DNA of 64,000 nt from Eledone cirrhosa (Eukaryota): positions 139,996,001-140,060,000 of the forward strand of contig OZ024740.1 in NCBI GenBank assembly GCA_964016885.1. Direction: 5' to 3'. Positions within the stretch are counted from its first letter, which is position 1. Each line of letters begins with the position of its first letter. A model generated the notes under the pieces. The model saw only the letters and a program-made list of their open reading frames with translations. It was not told the origin of the DNA and did no database searches. Below, piece after piece: positions 13,165 to 28,195 of this stretch. A program made the position numbers and the translations under genes.

Positions 13165-14967
13165 CTATCCGTTAGGGTATAACGTGGGGCTGTAATACAG
13201 GAAAGTTTTGTGCAATATATGTTTACAAGCCGAAATTGCCTCAGGTTTTTTGTTTAAGATGTGGTCTGTGGCGTAGAGTATTTCCAGGGCCTCAGCGGCG
13301 CAGAGGTCACATGGTCTTTTATTTCCGTTATACGATCTAGCCCTAGCTAGGATCTCCCAGTGTAACTTATATTGGGTGTGGTTGTCTTTTAGACTCCAGA
13401 TATAAGCTGAAAGTGACGTCATATTCCTTCTAAGAGGGTAACGAAAAGAATGGGTATGCATGTAAAGACGCTGCTTGAAACTATTGGCGGTTAACCCTAT
13501 GTAGGCCCTACGGGACGTGGGTGTTACAACCTTACATTTGTAGACAATGTTAGTAGAGAGGCATTTCCCGGATAGGGGGCAATCAGCCCGATTCCTGCAA
13601 TTACAGTAAGTACTAACTACAGGGTTGCACGTGTTCCTACGGCTAGGTAGTTTAGCTAAATTTGAAGCTGTGATGTTATGTGCAAGGTTAGGAGTCGTAG
13701 AGTAAGAAATTTTAATAGTATTTCTATTAAAAATGTTACTATATTTATGTGTAGGGGGAAAATGCTTCGTAATAAGGGAAAGAAAGATCTTAGCTAATGG
13801 TGTGGCCACCTCCATATTATATGGTGGGTTATACCAACAAATACGACGGGGTCTATTACTTCTAGGTCTATTTTCGTACTCTGTATATGCTACCTTATCG
13901 ACAAATCCACTTCGAGCAAGAGCTTCATTGTAATAAGTGGAATGGTCGTTGAAAATACGTTCGTTGGTGGAAAGACGGGAAAGCCTCAACGAAACGTTTC
14001 TTACCAGGTTCTTGGTTATGCTGGCAGGATGGTTGGAATGCTTACTTATGTAATTAAGCGTATCATTCGGCTTTCTATACGGGCAATACAACCCATTCAA
14101 TAAATTGAGGGTAACGTCGAGGTAAGTAACGACCGAGAGATTGGCTTCAACCTGTATAGAGAGGTTGAAGCCTTTAAAGAAGGCTGTGAGTTCTTTTCTG
14201 AACCTGTCGCAAGCACGAGGTCCGCACTTAGTCATGGTCAAAAGACCATCGTCACGGTACAAACCACCGCCCGCGTTGGGGAATTCGTCCTTGATAGAGA
14301 AAAGAAGGAAAAGGCCAATAAGATCAGTAACCTCCGTAGAATCACTAGCGCCCATACTCACGTCGAATGGGGTACTATTGGATTTTTTAATCCAAATAGA
14401 GTCGTCGAAATTAATCACCGACTTTCGGGCATTGAGGATGACATCAACTTCGAAATCCTTAACCACTGTGAGTGTTTTAGCGAAATTGATAGCTCTAAGG
14501 AGAAGTGGTAAAGTGATGGAGGAGTAGTAATTGTTGATGTCGAATTGGATAAAACGGCAATGTTCCTTGTTACATATGCCGTTGAACCAATCAATCACCG
14601 CGAAAGAATTGTTCCACAGTGCAAGAGGGGCCAAACTTCTAATTTCAGGTATAATTCTATCAAGAATTGTTTTACTAAGTCTACCTAAATCGGACTTCGT
14701 AGGGTTAATAAGCCGAATAGAGGGGTTGTTCGGAAAATTGGATTTGTGATCCTTCAGGGTAAAGTGGGGAGAAATAGGGTCCAGAGGTTCGGTCCGGTCC
14801 AGGATGTTGAGATCAGATGTGATTTTAAACCCAGCATCGTTGATTTCATTGATGACGCACCGATTAGTTTTACGGTAATCCTTGGTTACAGCATTATGTA
14901 GTAGTTGATGGTAAGTACTGCGCTCCACTTGATATAGGTTGCCAGTTTTGTCGGAATGGACGTGCAC
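13165..14967 (-). CDS. PLE reverse transcriptase / GIY-YIG endonuclease (N-terminally truncated)
   Basis: FDINNYYSSI, MGASDS, LYRDDGL, SNHP thumb, CNC..CPLSGKC, IVYKC..YIGLT..FKQR, C-terminal CDLC; Naiad assignment is from recalled motif pattern. Confidence 0.88.
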   Translation of the reverse strand: MHVHSDKTGNLYQVERSTYHQLLHNAVTKDYRKTNRCVINEINDAGFKITSDLNILDRTEPLDPISPHFTLKDHKSNFPNNPSIRLINPTKSDLGRLSKTILDRIIPEIRSLAPLALWNNSFAVIDWFNGICNKEHCRFIQFDINNYYSSITLPLLLRAINFAKTLTVVKDFEVDVILNARKSVINFDDSIWIKKSNSTPFDVSMGASDSTEVTDLIGLFLLFSIKDEFPNAGGGLYRDDGLLTMTKCGPRACDRFRKELTAFFKGFNLSIQVEANLSVVTYLDVTLNLLNGLYCPYRKPNDTLNYISKHSNHPASITKNLVRNVSLRLSRLSTNERIFNDHSTYYNEALARSGFVDKVAYTEYENRPRSNRPRRICWYNPPYNMEVATPLAKIFLSLITKHFPPTHKYSNIFNRNTIKISYSTTPNLAHNITASNLAKLPSRRNTCNPVVSTYCNCRNRADCPLSGKCLSTNIVYKCKVVTPTSRRAYIGLTANSFKQRLYMHTHSFRYPLRRNMTSLSAYIWSLKDNHTQYKLHWEILARARSYNGNKRPCDLCAAEALEILYATDHILNKKPEAISACKHILHKTFLYYSPTLYPNG

Positions 14968-15015
14968 GGCATTAGAATCCTTGCAACGTTTTTTGAAATA
15001 TCCAGTTCTGCGTTT

Positions 15016-15091
15016 ACAGATTGACTTTGTTAGTTTCAGAAGATCCCGTTAAGGGTGAAAGCAGCGATTCTTTGCTTAAACTTTAATCTGT
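15016..15091 (+). ncRNA. Same variant hammerhead in the inverted 5' pLTR
   Basis: Same fold; stem III AGCAG/TTGCT. Confidence 0.6.
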
Positions 15092-15098
15092 TATTTTA

Positions 15099-15140
<42 letters not shown>

Positions 15141-16342
15141 GTTCATACAGTCACTTAATACATGCTCAACATCTCGAATATTCTACATATATAAGTAGTT
15201 CCATTAATGGTTTCAAACCCTAATTTACTATTTAGCCATGTTCTGTCTGGCTTTGTAAATTCCACTTAGTGAATATTAGTAACTAGGCATTTAATTACAT
15301 ATTCACACATTCAAATAATTACACGTTTGTGTCTAATTACATTCCAATAATTACAGGTATGTGTCTAATTACAGGTAAAAATCTGGGTTGAATAACTCTT
15401 GATTTCTCATTTGTTTTGCAAATATGTTTTATTTTTCACAAATCTTTTACAAGTATCAAAGATAGATTATATCGAAGTGCCATTTTCAAACAGCTAGTTA
15501 ATATGTAGGTGACATTTTCGGTGTTTATGTATGTATATATGTGTGTATGTATGCGTGTATGGCACACTGCTCAGCCTATCCTCACTTAAAAACGCTTCAA
15601 GCACTGGCATCGTTATTGCTGGCCATAGGCAAGTCCATAGCTGGATTAAAATGCCACGTCCGTGATGCTCATGCTTAAGTATGAAGCAATGGCATTACTC
15701 GAAATGGAGTTGCAGCCATCATGTGTGTATGTATGTGTGTATGTATATATGCCTATATGCTTACATTTATGTATGTATGTACGTATGTATTTACATATAA
15801 ATCTGTTACATAGATTTGGGTTGTCAGAAAGAAGGAAATTAACTCTGGAGAGATATTGTATACCATCTGTTTCCTGAAGAATTTTCGAGGTTTCTTAACC
15901 AAATCTTATAACAAGGCAGACCAGTAATACTTAACGACAAACTCATGAATTTTCTTCTTTATTTCTGTTCTCTTTGCTGTGGTAAACAATATTTTAGCCT
16001 AAACATTTGATTCGTCAGCGGAGAATGTTTTTGGGTATGCATATATATATTTTGTGTGTGTATGTGTGTGGGGGGGGGGCGTGTGTGTGTGCATCTGAGA
16101 AGAATTCTTACATGTTTTAAGTATGTATGTATACCATATATGATTATATGTATGTTTGTCAGTATGGATTTATATATGTATGCATTTATGTATTCATGCT
16201 TACATTCATATTTATTTATGATTGTATCAGTGGGGAAATTTAATATATTTCAAGCATAATGTAGAAGCGTTGTGTAATTCACAAACGTAAATATTTATAA
16301 TGCAATTTTATGTTCTATATTCATACGTTATGTATGTATGTA

Positions 16343-16440
<98 letters not shown>

Positions 16441-16518
16441 CTGGTTTGATTATTTTATAAATTTTCATCAGTAGAGAGAAAAGGCCTGCTTCTAACATAG
16501 AAAGAAGGTAAATACGTA

Positions 16519-16578
<60 letters not shown>

Positions 16579-17881
16579 GTGTGTAGATATGGGTGTGGCT
16601 CTATATGTTTTGACTAACATGTACATATATTTCTCTATATATGTGTAAATGCAGTTATTACATGGAGAATTTCTTAAATATTTTACATACAGCTCCATTA
16701 ATAGACTGTCCTTGCAACTTCCTAACTAGCCGTTCTCTTTCTTGTTCTGTGAAACCCAGCTTATCAAGATTTGTATGAGGCACTTAGAAAAATATCCCAG
16801 AGCCTCAATGGTCACAAGTACAAATCTAAAGGTATTGTTAGGGTGGAGTATCTGCAGATTCCTCATTAATTTATTATAAATGAGCTTTCACTTTCGTTTA
16901 GTTCTTGTTATCAAGAAATGACAACAAATTGCGATCCATGTCTGTCACCTTGCCATTAAGACACTTCCGCCTTTAGCAGAAAATCAGTAATTATAGCTAT
17001 TCAAGAACAGGTGACTCAGGCCATGAAAAATCACAACACCACCATACCACAAAATATCTACGTTGCAAAGTAAGTTTTAGTGGATCACTATATTTGTTAG
17101 TAACGAGTAGAGCTAGATTAAGCTTACAGATCTGGGGTTGGGAGGCGTTCCAGGATGAAAATCCTATCGAGACCCTTGCGTGTTATTTATGTTAGCCAAA
17201 AAATTAATTATGGGCTATTTAAACATTGTGGGGCTCATGTTACCACTTACACACGTGGGCGCCTTGATGTGACTGTGGTAGCGAGCTTACACATGCTTTG
17301 CTAATACAAATATGCAAGCGTAACGCTAAAAATATATAAGGTTTTCTAATATTCAACATGTAACTAACTCTTCACCGTTGTTGTTATCTGAATTCCATTG
17401 ATGAGGCCTTGTTTTGTTTCGTTCGAAACCAACTCACTCTTTAGGGGAAGAATTTGACGAATTATAAATGAACGATAAGATATACAGCATTTCGTAAATG
17501 GCCGTTAAATTATGCATATTTGCATATTTTCCACTCCTAATTTGTCTACCACAATCAGCCTAGATACGTGAGTGGCTTTGACATGGTATATATACAAGGG
17601 AAACACCTTTTACTCATAAATAACATAGTATTTGACTCTACTCTTGTTGTTGTTATATAAATTCCAGCGAGTTTTGTTTCATTGTTAGAAACCAGCTACT
17701 TCTTAATAGGAAGAATTCAAAGAATTAAAGAAATATATATACAGTTACATACATACATACATATACCTATATATGCATATATTTATACACACATATATGA
17801 CTGTGTGAGGTAACTGACCTACCACATAATACATTATCCAGTCCTCAAATATATCTAACCAGAATCGTTTATCGAACATAC

Positions 17882-17977
<96 letters not shown>

Positions 17978-18269
17978 CTATCTATCTCTATCTCTCTCTG
18001 ACACACACATTCATCGGAAAACACACACATGTACCTACATACATACATCCACACGTCTATATACATACACCCCACGCACGCACAATCACATACACGGTGT
18101 GTGTGTGCCTTTTCCTTTTTTCTTTTTTTGTGTGTTGCTATATTCAATGTTCACATGAACTTTTAAGATGGAATTTCTCTAAACCGAGACCCTATGTTAT
18201 CCGACTTGTGTAAGATTTGACCTCATATATTGTCTTGTTTACATTAGTCAATATCTTCCTCTCATACAC

Positions 18270-18380
<111 letters not shown>

Positions 18381-18434
18381 TGTGTGTGAGTGAGTGAGTG
18401 TGTGCGTATTTATATATATATATATATATATATA

Positions 18435-18542
<108 letters not shown>

Positions 18543-18554
18543 CATTCATATATA

Positions 18555-18598
<44 letters not shown>

Positions 18599-19137
18599 CG
18601 TCTCTCTTTTTCTTTCTCCTACTCTCAGTTTAACAAAGAACAGATTCCCAAGTGACACCACTACCACCATCATCTGTACCACCATCATCAGTACTACCAT
18701 CACTATCAATCATATAAAACAAAGATGCTAATACCTCTCGCCTACCCAACCCCCACTTATCCTCCACCACCACTAACATTTACACTGATTTACAAGCTTG
18801 GCTTTCTTAATCACTTAACTATCGCAATACAGTCGCTGTAACATGTTAAGTCAAATGTATATGTATATATATAACAGTAACAAACTCCCTTGAAAATCCC
18901 TTACATGAGCGGACTAAGCGTGTATAGCAAACTTTCATTGGAGCCCTTTCGTGTTATTTATAGTAGCAAAAAAATAATAATTTACGGCCCTTTAACTATT
19001 GTCGGGTCCCTGACGCAGCCAAGACATTAGTCATCCGCCACACACACGTACAGAAGACACCACTTTAACACGCCACTCATTCCTTGTATTTCAAAGCACA
19101 ATTTGCAGCGTACGATGCAAGATGACCCCTTCCTCCA

Positions 19138-19185
<48 letters not shown>

Positions 19186-19329
19186 CGTTGCACACACCAT
19201 GCTGTTGCTATATGCTATAGCTTCTGGAAATACCACACCAGTCTGCTTTAACCCTTTCGTTGTCGTATTTAATAATGAAATACACTACATTTAAATGAAT
19301 TGGTGAAGAATTTGAGATATTTACTAACA

Positions 19330-19623
19330 TTTTCATCCTTACGGGGCCGATAAAATAAAGTACCAGTAATGCACTGGGTAATTGCTGGCCTTGTGCCAAA
19401 AGTAGAAACAATTATTATTACATACTAGGCAGATGGATTGGCAGTATTGGTAGAGGATCACACGCCATGCTTTGCAACATAGAGTTACGTCCCTTTGCAG
19501 TCTGAGTTCAAATCCTGTTGAGGTTGACTTTGCCTTTCATCCTTACGTGGTCGATAAAATAAAGTACCAGTAATGTACTGGGTAATTACTGGCCTGTGCC
19601 TAAAGTAGAAACAATTATTATTA
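19330..19623 (+). mobile_element. SINE family A: partial copy followed by a full copy (19428-19613)
   Basis: B-box-like GAGTTCAAATCC, body ctttgcctttcatccttac..gtcgataaaataaagtacc, 17-bp TSD attattattacatacta (19411-19427, 19614-19630). Confidence 0.85.
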
Positions 19624-21577
19624 CATACTAAGTATTTGTAACATTACTTAGAAGCTTCTATACAAAATTATGTTGGAGGGTTTAGATAAGAACCCTTTAA
19701 AATTAATGGATTGTTTCATAGAGCCAGATGCACTTGGAGGGTGGGGTTTCAAACGGATAAAAGCACATACTAATGTCTCAAAAAGAACATACACACTGAA
19801 TACTGTAGTCCTAGAATCACCGTCTGAAGAAAAATGTCGAGTTGGCCATGAATGAAATGCTTCTATTGTATTAATGCTAACGAGGTTTCACACGATCCAA
19901 CGAAAAAGTTCAACCTTCAAGAAACTGCAGCCAAATCCCCATCTCCTTCAAATTGCTCTCCTGTCAATGGAGGAGCGCGTTAAATAATTTAGTTGGTCAT
20001 TGATATATAAAAACGAGTAGGATGGTCACCACTAAAACACCGTTTATCTGCATGCTTATCATTCGTAATTGTACTTAATTATCATAATACAATCTCTGTA
20101 ATATGTTGAGTCAAATGTTATATATCTAACGATAGCAAACCCCCTTTATGCCTCCCTTATATATCTCAAAACACATCTTACCATTGGGCAATTTGAGTTA
20201 TTTCCCTTAGCCTGTCTTTTGTAACGTACTCAGAAAGATTTATTCGACTGTATCACCGCTATAATTTGTGGCATTGTAGCAACGATAGAAATCAAGATGT
20301 CGACTGCAAAACCACGCTTCACTAAATTTGCGTGCTGTAATGGACGGCCACCACTTTTCTGCCTTTCTACCTCCAAAAAGAAAGAAGTCGATCGTCAGAC
20401 CAGACAAAAAAAAAATAGTATTTCCATTGATCTCCTCATTGCTGATACTATCTGCTGGTCGCAACCCCAGACACAAAGCAGTGGTGTTTGAATATACAAA
20501 GGCGAAGTAGAAACCGCAAAATATTCAGTTTGACTCTAACAATTCTACCAATTCCTCACACCTGGACTGGTACTTTATTTATCTATCCTGAAAGGCAAAA
20601 TGGACCATTTGACCTCAGAGCGCAGTGATCCGTAATAAATACCGAGGCACTTAATGCGACGTTCTCGCAACTCTATCAATTCGAGGTTCACTCAAATCAC
20701 GCATTACTGGTTAAAAAAAATGGAGAGGCACATTTTAATTGTTCCCTGATGTAGAAAATGGGCAAGATGATCATTACTGCAAACATACCTTTGATCATAT
20801 GTTTATTCGTTCAGAGCTGACTTTGGGCATAACGAACATCAGCAAAAATATGAACAACTACGTGGTAGTCTACATGGTCTCATTTAACCAGTTAAAAACA
20901 GCAGCTAAATCACCTCCTGCAGTCATAAAAAAAGAATTGACAGTGTGGTTTCCAATTTATCAAAAGAGAGACAGGATAGACACGTCAATTCAATCCGTGA
21001 TAAGCTGGGAGTAAACAGCAAAAACAAGTTTTCTTATTTGTTATTGATATTGATAGTATTATTGAGGTTTTTATTGTTTTCATCGCCATCATCATTGTTA
21101 CCATTCCGATCGTCATCATCCCCACCATCAATATCTCCATCATCATCCATATCGGACTCTGAAAAGGGGTCATGGGTATTGCACTTCTCCTGACTAAGCC
21201 ATATAAAACAACATTAATACAACTTAAAGAGATGAGTCTATGGCAGTCAGTCTAATCTACTTTATTCACATAGTGCCATACTTGTTACATCCAGTAACAT
21301 AGTTCTTAGTCCACCCACCAATCTTCTTATAATGGACTCTCTGCGGTATTCCGTTACATGGTACAGAAAATACTGAATATGGCATCGCAATGAAAACGCA
21401 TAAACATTGTTCGGTTCATTGCGAATGGTCAATGGAAACCAATTAAAAAGTATACATATCCATCTTACACACACACACACACACACATATATATACACAC
21501 ACACACATACATACACACACACATACATACATACTCACAGCCTTCCATTCTGTCTTTCTTTATAGCATTATTTTAGG

Positions 21578-21738
21578 GTGCTTTGACGCATAGAGTTACG
21601 GCCCTTGCCATTCTGAGTTTAAATCCCGCCGAGGTTAACTTTACCTTTCATCCTTACGGGGGTCGATAAAATAAAGTACCAGTAATGTACTGGATTATTG
21701 CTGGCCTCGTACCAAAAGTAGAAACAATTATATTATTT
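21578..21738 (+). mobile_element. SINE family A, 5'-truncated
   Basis: Same body and tail as other copies. Confidence 0.8.
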
Positions 21739-21999
21739 ACCAATCTCACTTTCTCCCCTCACTATCTCTCTCGATTCCACTCTCCGACGCTCTCTCTCTC
21801 TTTCTCTCTCTCTCTCAGTAGCTAACTCTCTTTCTCTCCACTTCCCTCTCTCGCCTTAGCTACCTCGCTCTCTCATTATTTCTCTCCGTTGCTATCTCCT
21901 AACTAATTTCTGTTTCTCTCCTTAGCCCCTCACTGCATCCCTCCCTTACTGACGCCTGCCACTCACCCTCCAACGTTCTCTCTCTCTCACTCCCCTCTC

Positions 22000-22040
<41 letters not shown>

Positions 22041-22227
22041 TTCATTCTGAGGTCAGCAGCGTAAATTAATATAACTAACACCTGTTATTAATAATTGTTT
22101 CTACGTTTGGCACAAGGCCAGCAATTACTCAGTGCATTACTGGTACATTATTTTATTAATAATACCGGTTGTAGTTCTCGATTTTTCCACACACTCACTG
22201 TCTATGAATGTGTGAGTGTATATCTTA

Positions 22228-22263
<36 letters not shown>

Positions 22264-22369
22264 TGAGTGTGTATTGAGTGTGTATTGAGTGTGTATTGAG
22301 TGTTTTGGGTGTACAAGCACGCTAACTTGAAAGTGATTAACATAACACACCGCAAGTGTGCGTGTATGT

Positions 22370-22427
<58 letters not shown>

Positions 22428-23178
22428 CATACATACACACACTGGCACATATATAAATATATATATACACACACATAATACTGTTATTTTAATCACTTTA
22501 ATTATGTTTGTATGTGTGTGTCTGTGTATATCAGAAACTATATTTTGAAAAGGTACACTTACAAGTACATATTTACATTTGTATATATATGTATATAATC
22601 GAAAACACAAAACGCACTCTGTGTGTGAGAGAGGGGGGTGGGGTGCGCGCGCTACCATTTATATATATTTATATATATGTATTCGAAGTACAGGACAAAG
22701 ACAATGGAAAAAACAAGGGAAAAACTGATGTCCGATCTCTTCAGTTAACTTCTGGAAATCAATACGGTTTCGGATGTTGAAGGTCAATAACGTTTAATTC
22801 CAATACACAAGGGTTTAGCTAGAGGAGAAAAAAAGGAAAGAAATAGTAAAACAAAAGAGAATAAGAACAGTAGACCAACGTATATATATATATATATATA
22901 TGCCCATGAAATTCACCCACCTTAAGCTGATTAGATATCATGTGCTTGTTTCTTCTTATCTTTCCGTTGCTATACCATTTTTGTTTGTTTACTTGTCTCG
23001 CTCGCTTTACGCGATATTACTTGTCCCAATAGCTTTATTTAGCTATTGCTCGCACCAACTGGAGGTATATGATTTTCAAAGCGATGAAATACCGATGATA
23101 GTTGGAAAATGACTGATGAAGGACTAATTTATTTCATATGTAACCCATGTGCAACCACGCAGCACTCAATTCTTCTCA

Positions 23179-23306
<128 letters not shown>

Positions 23307-23381
23307 ATTTGTTGAGTGCTTTATGTCAGTTATAAAAATATTTTGCTTGTTGTATCCCAACAAATTAAATATAACCTCTTC

Positions 23382-23546
<165 letters not shown>

Positions 23547-23658
23547 TATATACATAAGACAGCCGATGACTGGGCATTGTCCATGTACATTTTCTGTTTC
23601 CTATATTCCTCCCACGTGTTTTTTAATGATATATATATATATATATATATATATAATG

Positions 23659-23685
<27 letters not shown>

Positions 23686-23689
<4 letters not shown>

Positions 23690-23850
23690 CAACAGTGACA
23701 TAAATAGGTACTCAAGTTTCGTTAGGTCCTGGGCCCCAATTTCTTCAGCCTGTCATAAAAAAACAAATTTAATTTTCTTATGACAGGCTGAAGAAATTGG
23801 GGCCCAGAACCCAACGAAACTTGAGTACCTATTTATGTCACTGTTGTAAT
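23686..23850. repeat. Near-perfect ~165-bp palindrome with a hammerhead in each arm (23696-23755 on -, 23781-23840 on +)
   Basis: Arms of about 70 bp with few mismatches; each reads TGACAGG-CTGAAGA-stem II-GAAA-CTTGAG-TA-CCT..TGTCA. Confidence 0.8.
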
Positions 23851-23899
23851 ACTGTGGACTGTTCTTACTCTTGGATATTTCCACTTAACTTTTACTTCA

Positions 23900-23980
<81 letters not shown>

Positions 23981-23985
<5 letters not shown>

Positions 23986-24603
23986 GACGTAAAATAAGAA
24001 AATTATAAAAATTAACTTACTTACTAAAATTTCACTCCAACTAATTACTTTCTGAAAGGGAATAAACATGGTTTCTGAACGGAACAACATAGAGAAAATC
24101 CTTTCGTCATCAGGAAGTCTATTCTCAGCTAAGTTCCCAGGCAATGCGTGGACACAGGGAACTTATACAAAAATAATTCAGTGGATGGAAAAAAGCAAGC
24201 GAGGACTAAATTCCAGGACATTGAAAAAATCACTGCCTACTTGGTCGGTGGCAAATTCAAAAGAATCAATCACGTGACATCGAGGTTAATCAGTGAGGAG
24301 TGAGGTGCTAATAAGACAGTAGCTTGACTATTACTATGAACCATAGTAGTAGTTTTGGCAAATTTTTGCTCAACAAAATAATTTGGAGATAATTATAAAG
24401 AATTAGTTTATCTACCAACATATATATACAGATGCATACCTATGCTATCAAATATATAGGTTTTGTCTTAGTAACTTTGTGGTTCAATGCAAGGGGATGC
24501 AGAACAATTATATGAAAGACGTAAAATAAGAAAAGTATAAAAATTAACTTACTTACTAAAATTTCACTCCAACTAATTAGTTTCTGAAAGGGAATAAACA
24601 TGG

Positions 24604-24605
<2 letters not shown>
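23981..24605 (-). mobile_element. Non-coding element with 93-bp direct terminal repeats (23981-24073, 24513-24605), pLTR/retrozyme-like
   Basis: Direct repeats 532 bp apart, (TA)n on both sides, degenerate hammerhead at 24058-24125 on -. Confidence 0.55.
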
Positions 24606-24662
<57 letters not shown>

Positions 24663-24709
24663 GACTAAATTGTCTATATATTGTTATATATATATAAAAG
24701 TCTAAAGTC

Positions 24710-24964
24710 TGCCTTAAGCCAGAAGGCTTATTTGGCCGGTGCTTATTACGGTTTCATGGCGTGAAGCGACTGAGAGTACAAGACTTCTCGCTAGACAGGA
24801 CGCCAGTACATCGCAGGGTTAAACCTCCAGCTATTGCAGGTACTCATTTTCAGGTGAGTATACTTGAGCAACGTGAAATAAAGTGTTTTGCTCAAGGTCC
24901 GAGAATTGAACTCACAACCTTTCGATTGCAAGCCTAATGCTCTAGCCACTAAGTCATGTGCGCC
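24710..24964 (-). mobile_element. tRNA-derived SINE, family B
   Basis: - strand head GGCGCACATGACTTAGTGGCTAGAGCA...GAGTTCAATTC (A/B boxes), then CCTTGAGCAAAACACTT core-like segment. Confidence 0.7.
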
Positions 24965-24966
24965 GT

Positions 24967-25002
<36 letters not shown>

Positions 25003-25004
25003 GT

Positions 25005-25295
<291 letters not shown>

Positions 25296-25709
25296 AGTGT
25301 AATTTTCTACACAAAACGAAGGTTATAGAGAAAATTGAGGTTGGTAATGGCACATGGAATATATAAGAGACAGAATACTTTTTTGTGAAAAAACATAATT
25401 TTATAAGGTAAGGAAATAATAAAGGGTATAAAAAATGACCGGTTTCGATGGGTCTGCAAAAGCCATCTTTTCAAATGTTGATTAATATTAAGAAAAATTA
25501 ATAATACGAAGAGTTAAAATTTGAGACTTGAAAATTCAAGTATAAAATTCATTGTGGGATTTCATAGCAGTTTTCATCTAGGTAGCAACAACAGGTTGAC
25601 TGCTGTGTCCCTTTCTGGTAGTGAATGAGAAGTTATTTGGGGTGTGGGTTATTTTATAAAGGTCAGATTTAGCAATAGCCAGCTGCTGGTCAGTGAGGGG
25701 GTGGAAGCA

Positions 25710-25853
25710 ATATACACACACATACCTTCATCCACACATACATACACATACATATACATATATATATATATATATATACATATACACACATACATACACA
25801 CACACATACATATACATACACACATACACACACACACACATATATATACACAT

Positions 25854-25914
<61 letters not shown>

Positions 25915-25953
25915 TATATATACATACACATACATCCAGATACACACATACAT

Positions 25954-26052
<99 letters not shown>

Positions 26053-26375
26053 CACACATACATACACACACACATATATATATATATACATACACACATA
26101 CAAACATACACACCCACACACACACACATATATATACACACATATACACACATATATATACACACACACACACACACACATGCATATATATATATATATA
26201 CACATACGCATACATCCAGATACCCACATACATACACACACACACACACACACGCACACACAATACATACATCCACATGCACACACATACTCACACACAC
26301 ACACACACACATACATACACCCACACACAGAGAAATGGCCTTCAAATATATATATATATATATACATACAGACAC
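25710..26375. repeat. Degenerate (CA)/(TA) microsatellite field
   Basis: Visible simple repeat. Confidence 0.9.
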
Positions 26376-26601
26376 ATATATTTTTTCCATAATATAAGAA
26401 GTTGGGGCAGTGAAATTAAAATAATTCTGTGTGCGCATATATATATAGATATACGTGTGTGCACGTGCAGGGTTTAACATGGATGTGTTGGTCACACAAA
26501 GGCATGGTCTGTCAATGAATAAACCTGATTCTACAGAATTGGTCTCTGGTCTTTAATAGTAGTGATTCCGTGCGTATGTGTGTTTATATTTTATGACAAT
26601 T

Positions 26602-27250
26602 CTATTGGGGTGATAACCCGTTTAGTTTTGGTTTAAATTTGTTAAGGAATAGATTTTCTTTGTTTATTCTTTGTTGTTGTGTGAACGAATCTGAGCACTT
26701 GTAGAAGGGGAAGATTTTAAAGTTGGGTAGTGTCATTCCTGCGCAGTTCGCAATATGGCTGCTCAAGGGGATTTTTCTTGTGTTAGCGTCCCGGATTTGT
26801 TGGCGGTGGATGGTCATTCTTTTGCGTAATGAGGTGCCCGTCTGTCCTATGTAGTTGTGTTTGCACCCACCGCAAGTTATTGCGTAAATCAAGTTCTCCG
26901 AGTTGCAGGTGAAATTGTTTTTTACTGTAAATGTTTGGCCATCTTTGAATGTAAATGTTTGTCCTTCAGTGAGGTAGAGGCACGTTCCACAGTTTGTTCT
27001 ACCACATTTGGTAACTGTAGGGTTGAGGATTGGTTTGGGTATATTTGGTCCAGTGAGAATGATTTCTGGGGTTGAAAGTGGATACATATGGCAGGGTGTT
27101 GAGTGTGGTTTTCTGTTTTGGATTGTTAAGTTGATGGGGATTTAGGTGTTTTGCCCTGTCTATTCCATTGTTGATTATTTCAAGTGGAAAGGCTCTTAAG
27201 ATAAGGGTGTCTTTTAGTTCCTTTAGTCTTTGCTCCCGTTTAGGTGGATC
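26602..27250 (-). mobile_element. Penelope-like element 3' fragment (thumb remnant plus GIY-YIG endonuclease), a different family from 13165-14967
   Basis: CGRTNCGTC, FTCNSENLIYAITC..C...YIGQTG..LRKRM..HR, PKLN end; disrupted upstream frame. Confidence 0.8.
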
Positions 27251-27495
27251 TGATCAGGTGGATCTGATCAGATCAGAGCAAACATCACGGACGCTCTATC
27301 TCAAAATTATTTTTGAAAAGCATTAGAAATGCGCAACCGGTAAAACTTAAAACCAAAACTGAATACTAATCAATACTATTACTAATTCTCACTTATTCCT
27401 AATTAAACTATTTTTCACTGTGAACAATTTGTCAGCATTTTCTATTTCGTTTACCAATATATCATAACTTGTGTGTTACACCTCTATTCTTTTAA

Positions 27496-27527
<32 letters not shown>

Positions 27528-27535
27528 ATATATAG

Positions 27536-27619
<84 letters not shown>

Positions 27620-27675
27620 ATATATATATATTCTTTTACCTGTTTCAGCCATCCGGCTGAGGCCATGCTGGATCA

Positions 27676-27732
<57 letters not shown>

Positions 27733-27784
27733 GAAGGAGAGAGAGAGATCTATATTGTCACCCCCATCCCCAAATCACACCATA

Positions 27785-27891
<107 letters not shown>

Positions 27892-28195
27892 ACACAGATA
27901 ATACAAAATAGCCGGATGCCTGCGGCTTGAGTGCTTTTGACCATTGGTATGCTAGATCTGGGTTCACATGGGACTAAACTAGAACAATAAAAATAAGGAC
28001 TTTAACAATTCTTCGCGGTATATTTTGATTTTCCACCTTCGGAAATACCTCCACTAATGTTTGTTGGAGCTAGGAGAGAAATAAAAAAAAAATGATCTTT
28101 AAGGTTCATATCTATGAGGGTTTAGCTGGCCTCATACGAAGTTGCGTTTCAAGTTCGGTTTTTCAGGTGTTTAATGAAAAGCAACTTTAAATCTA

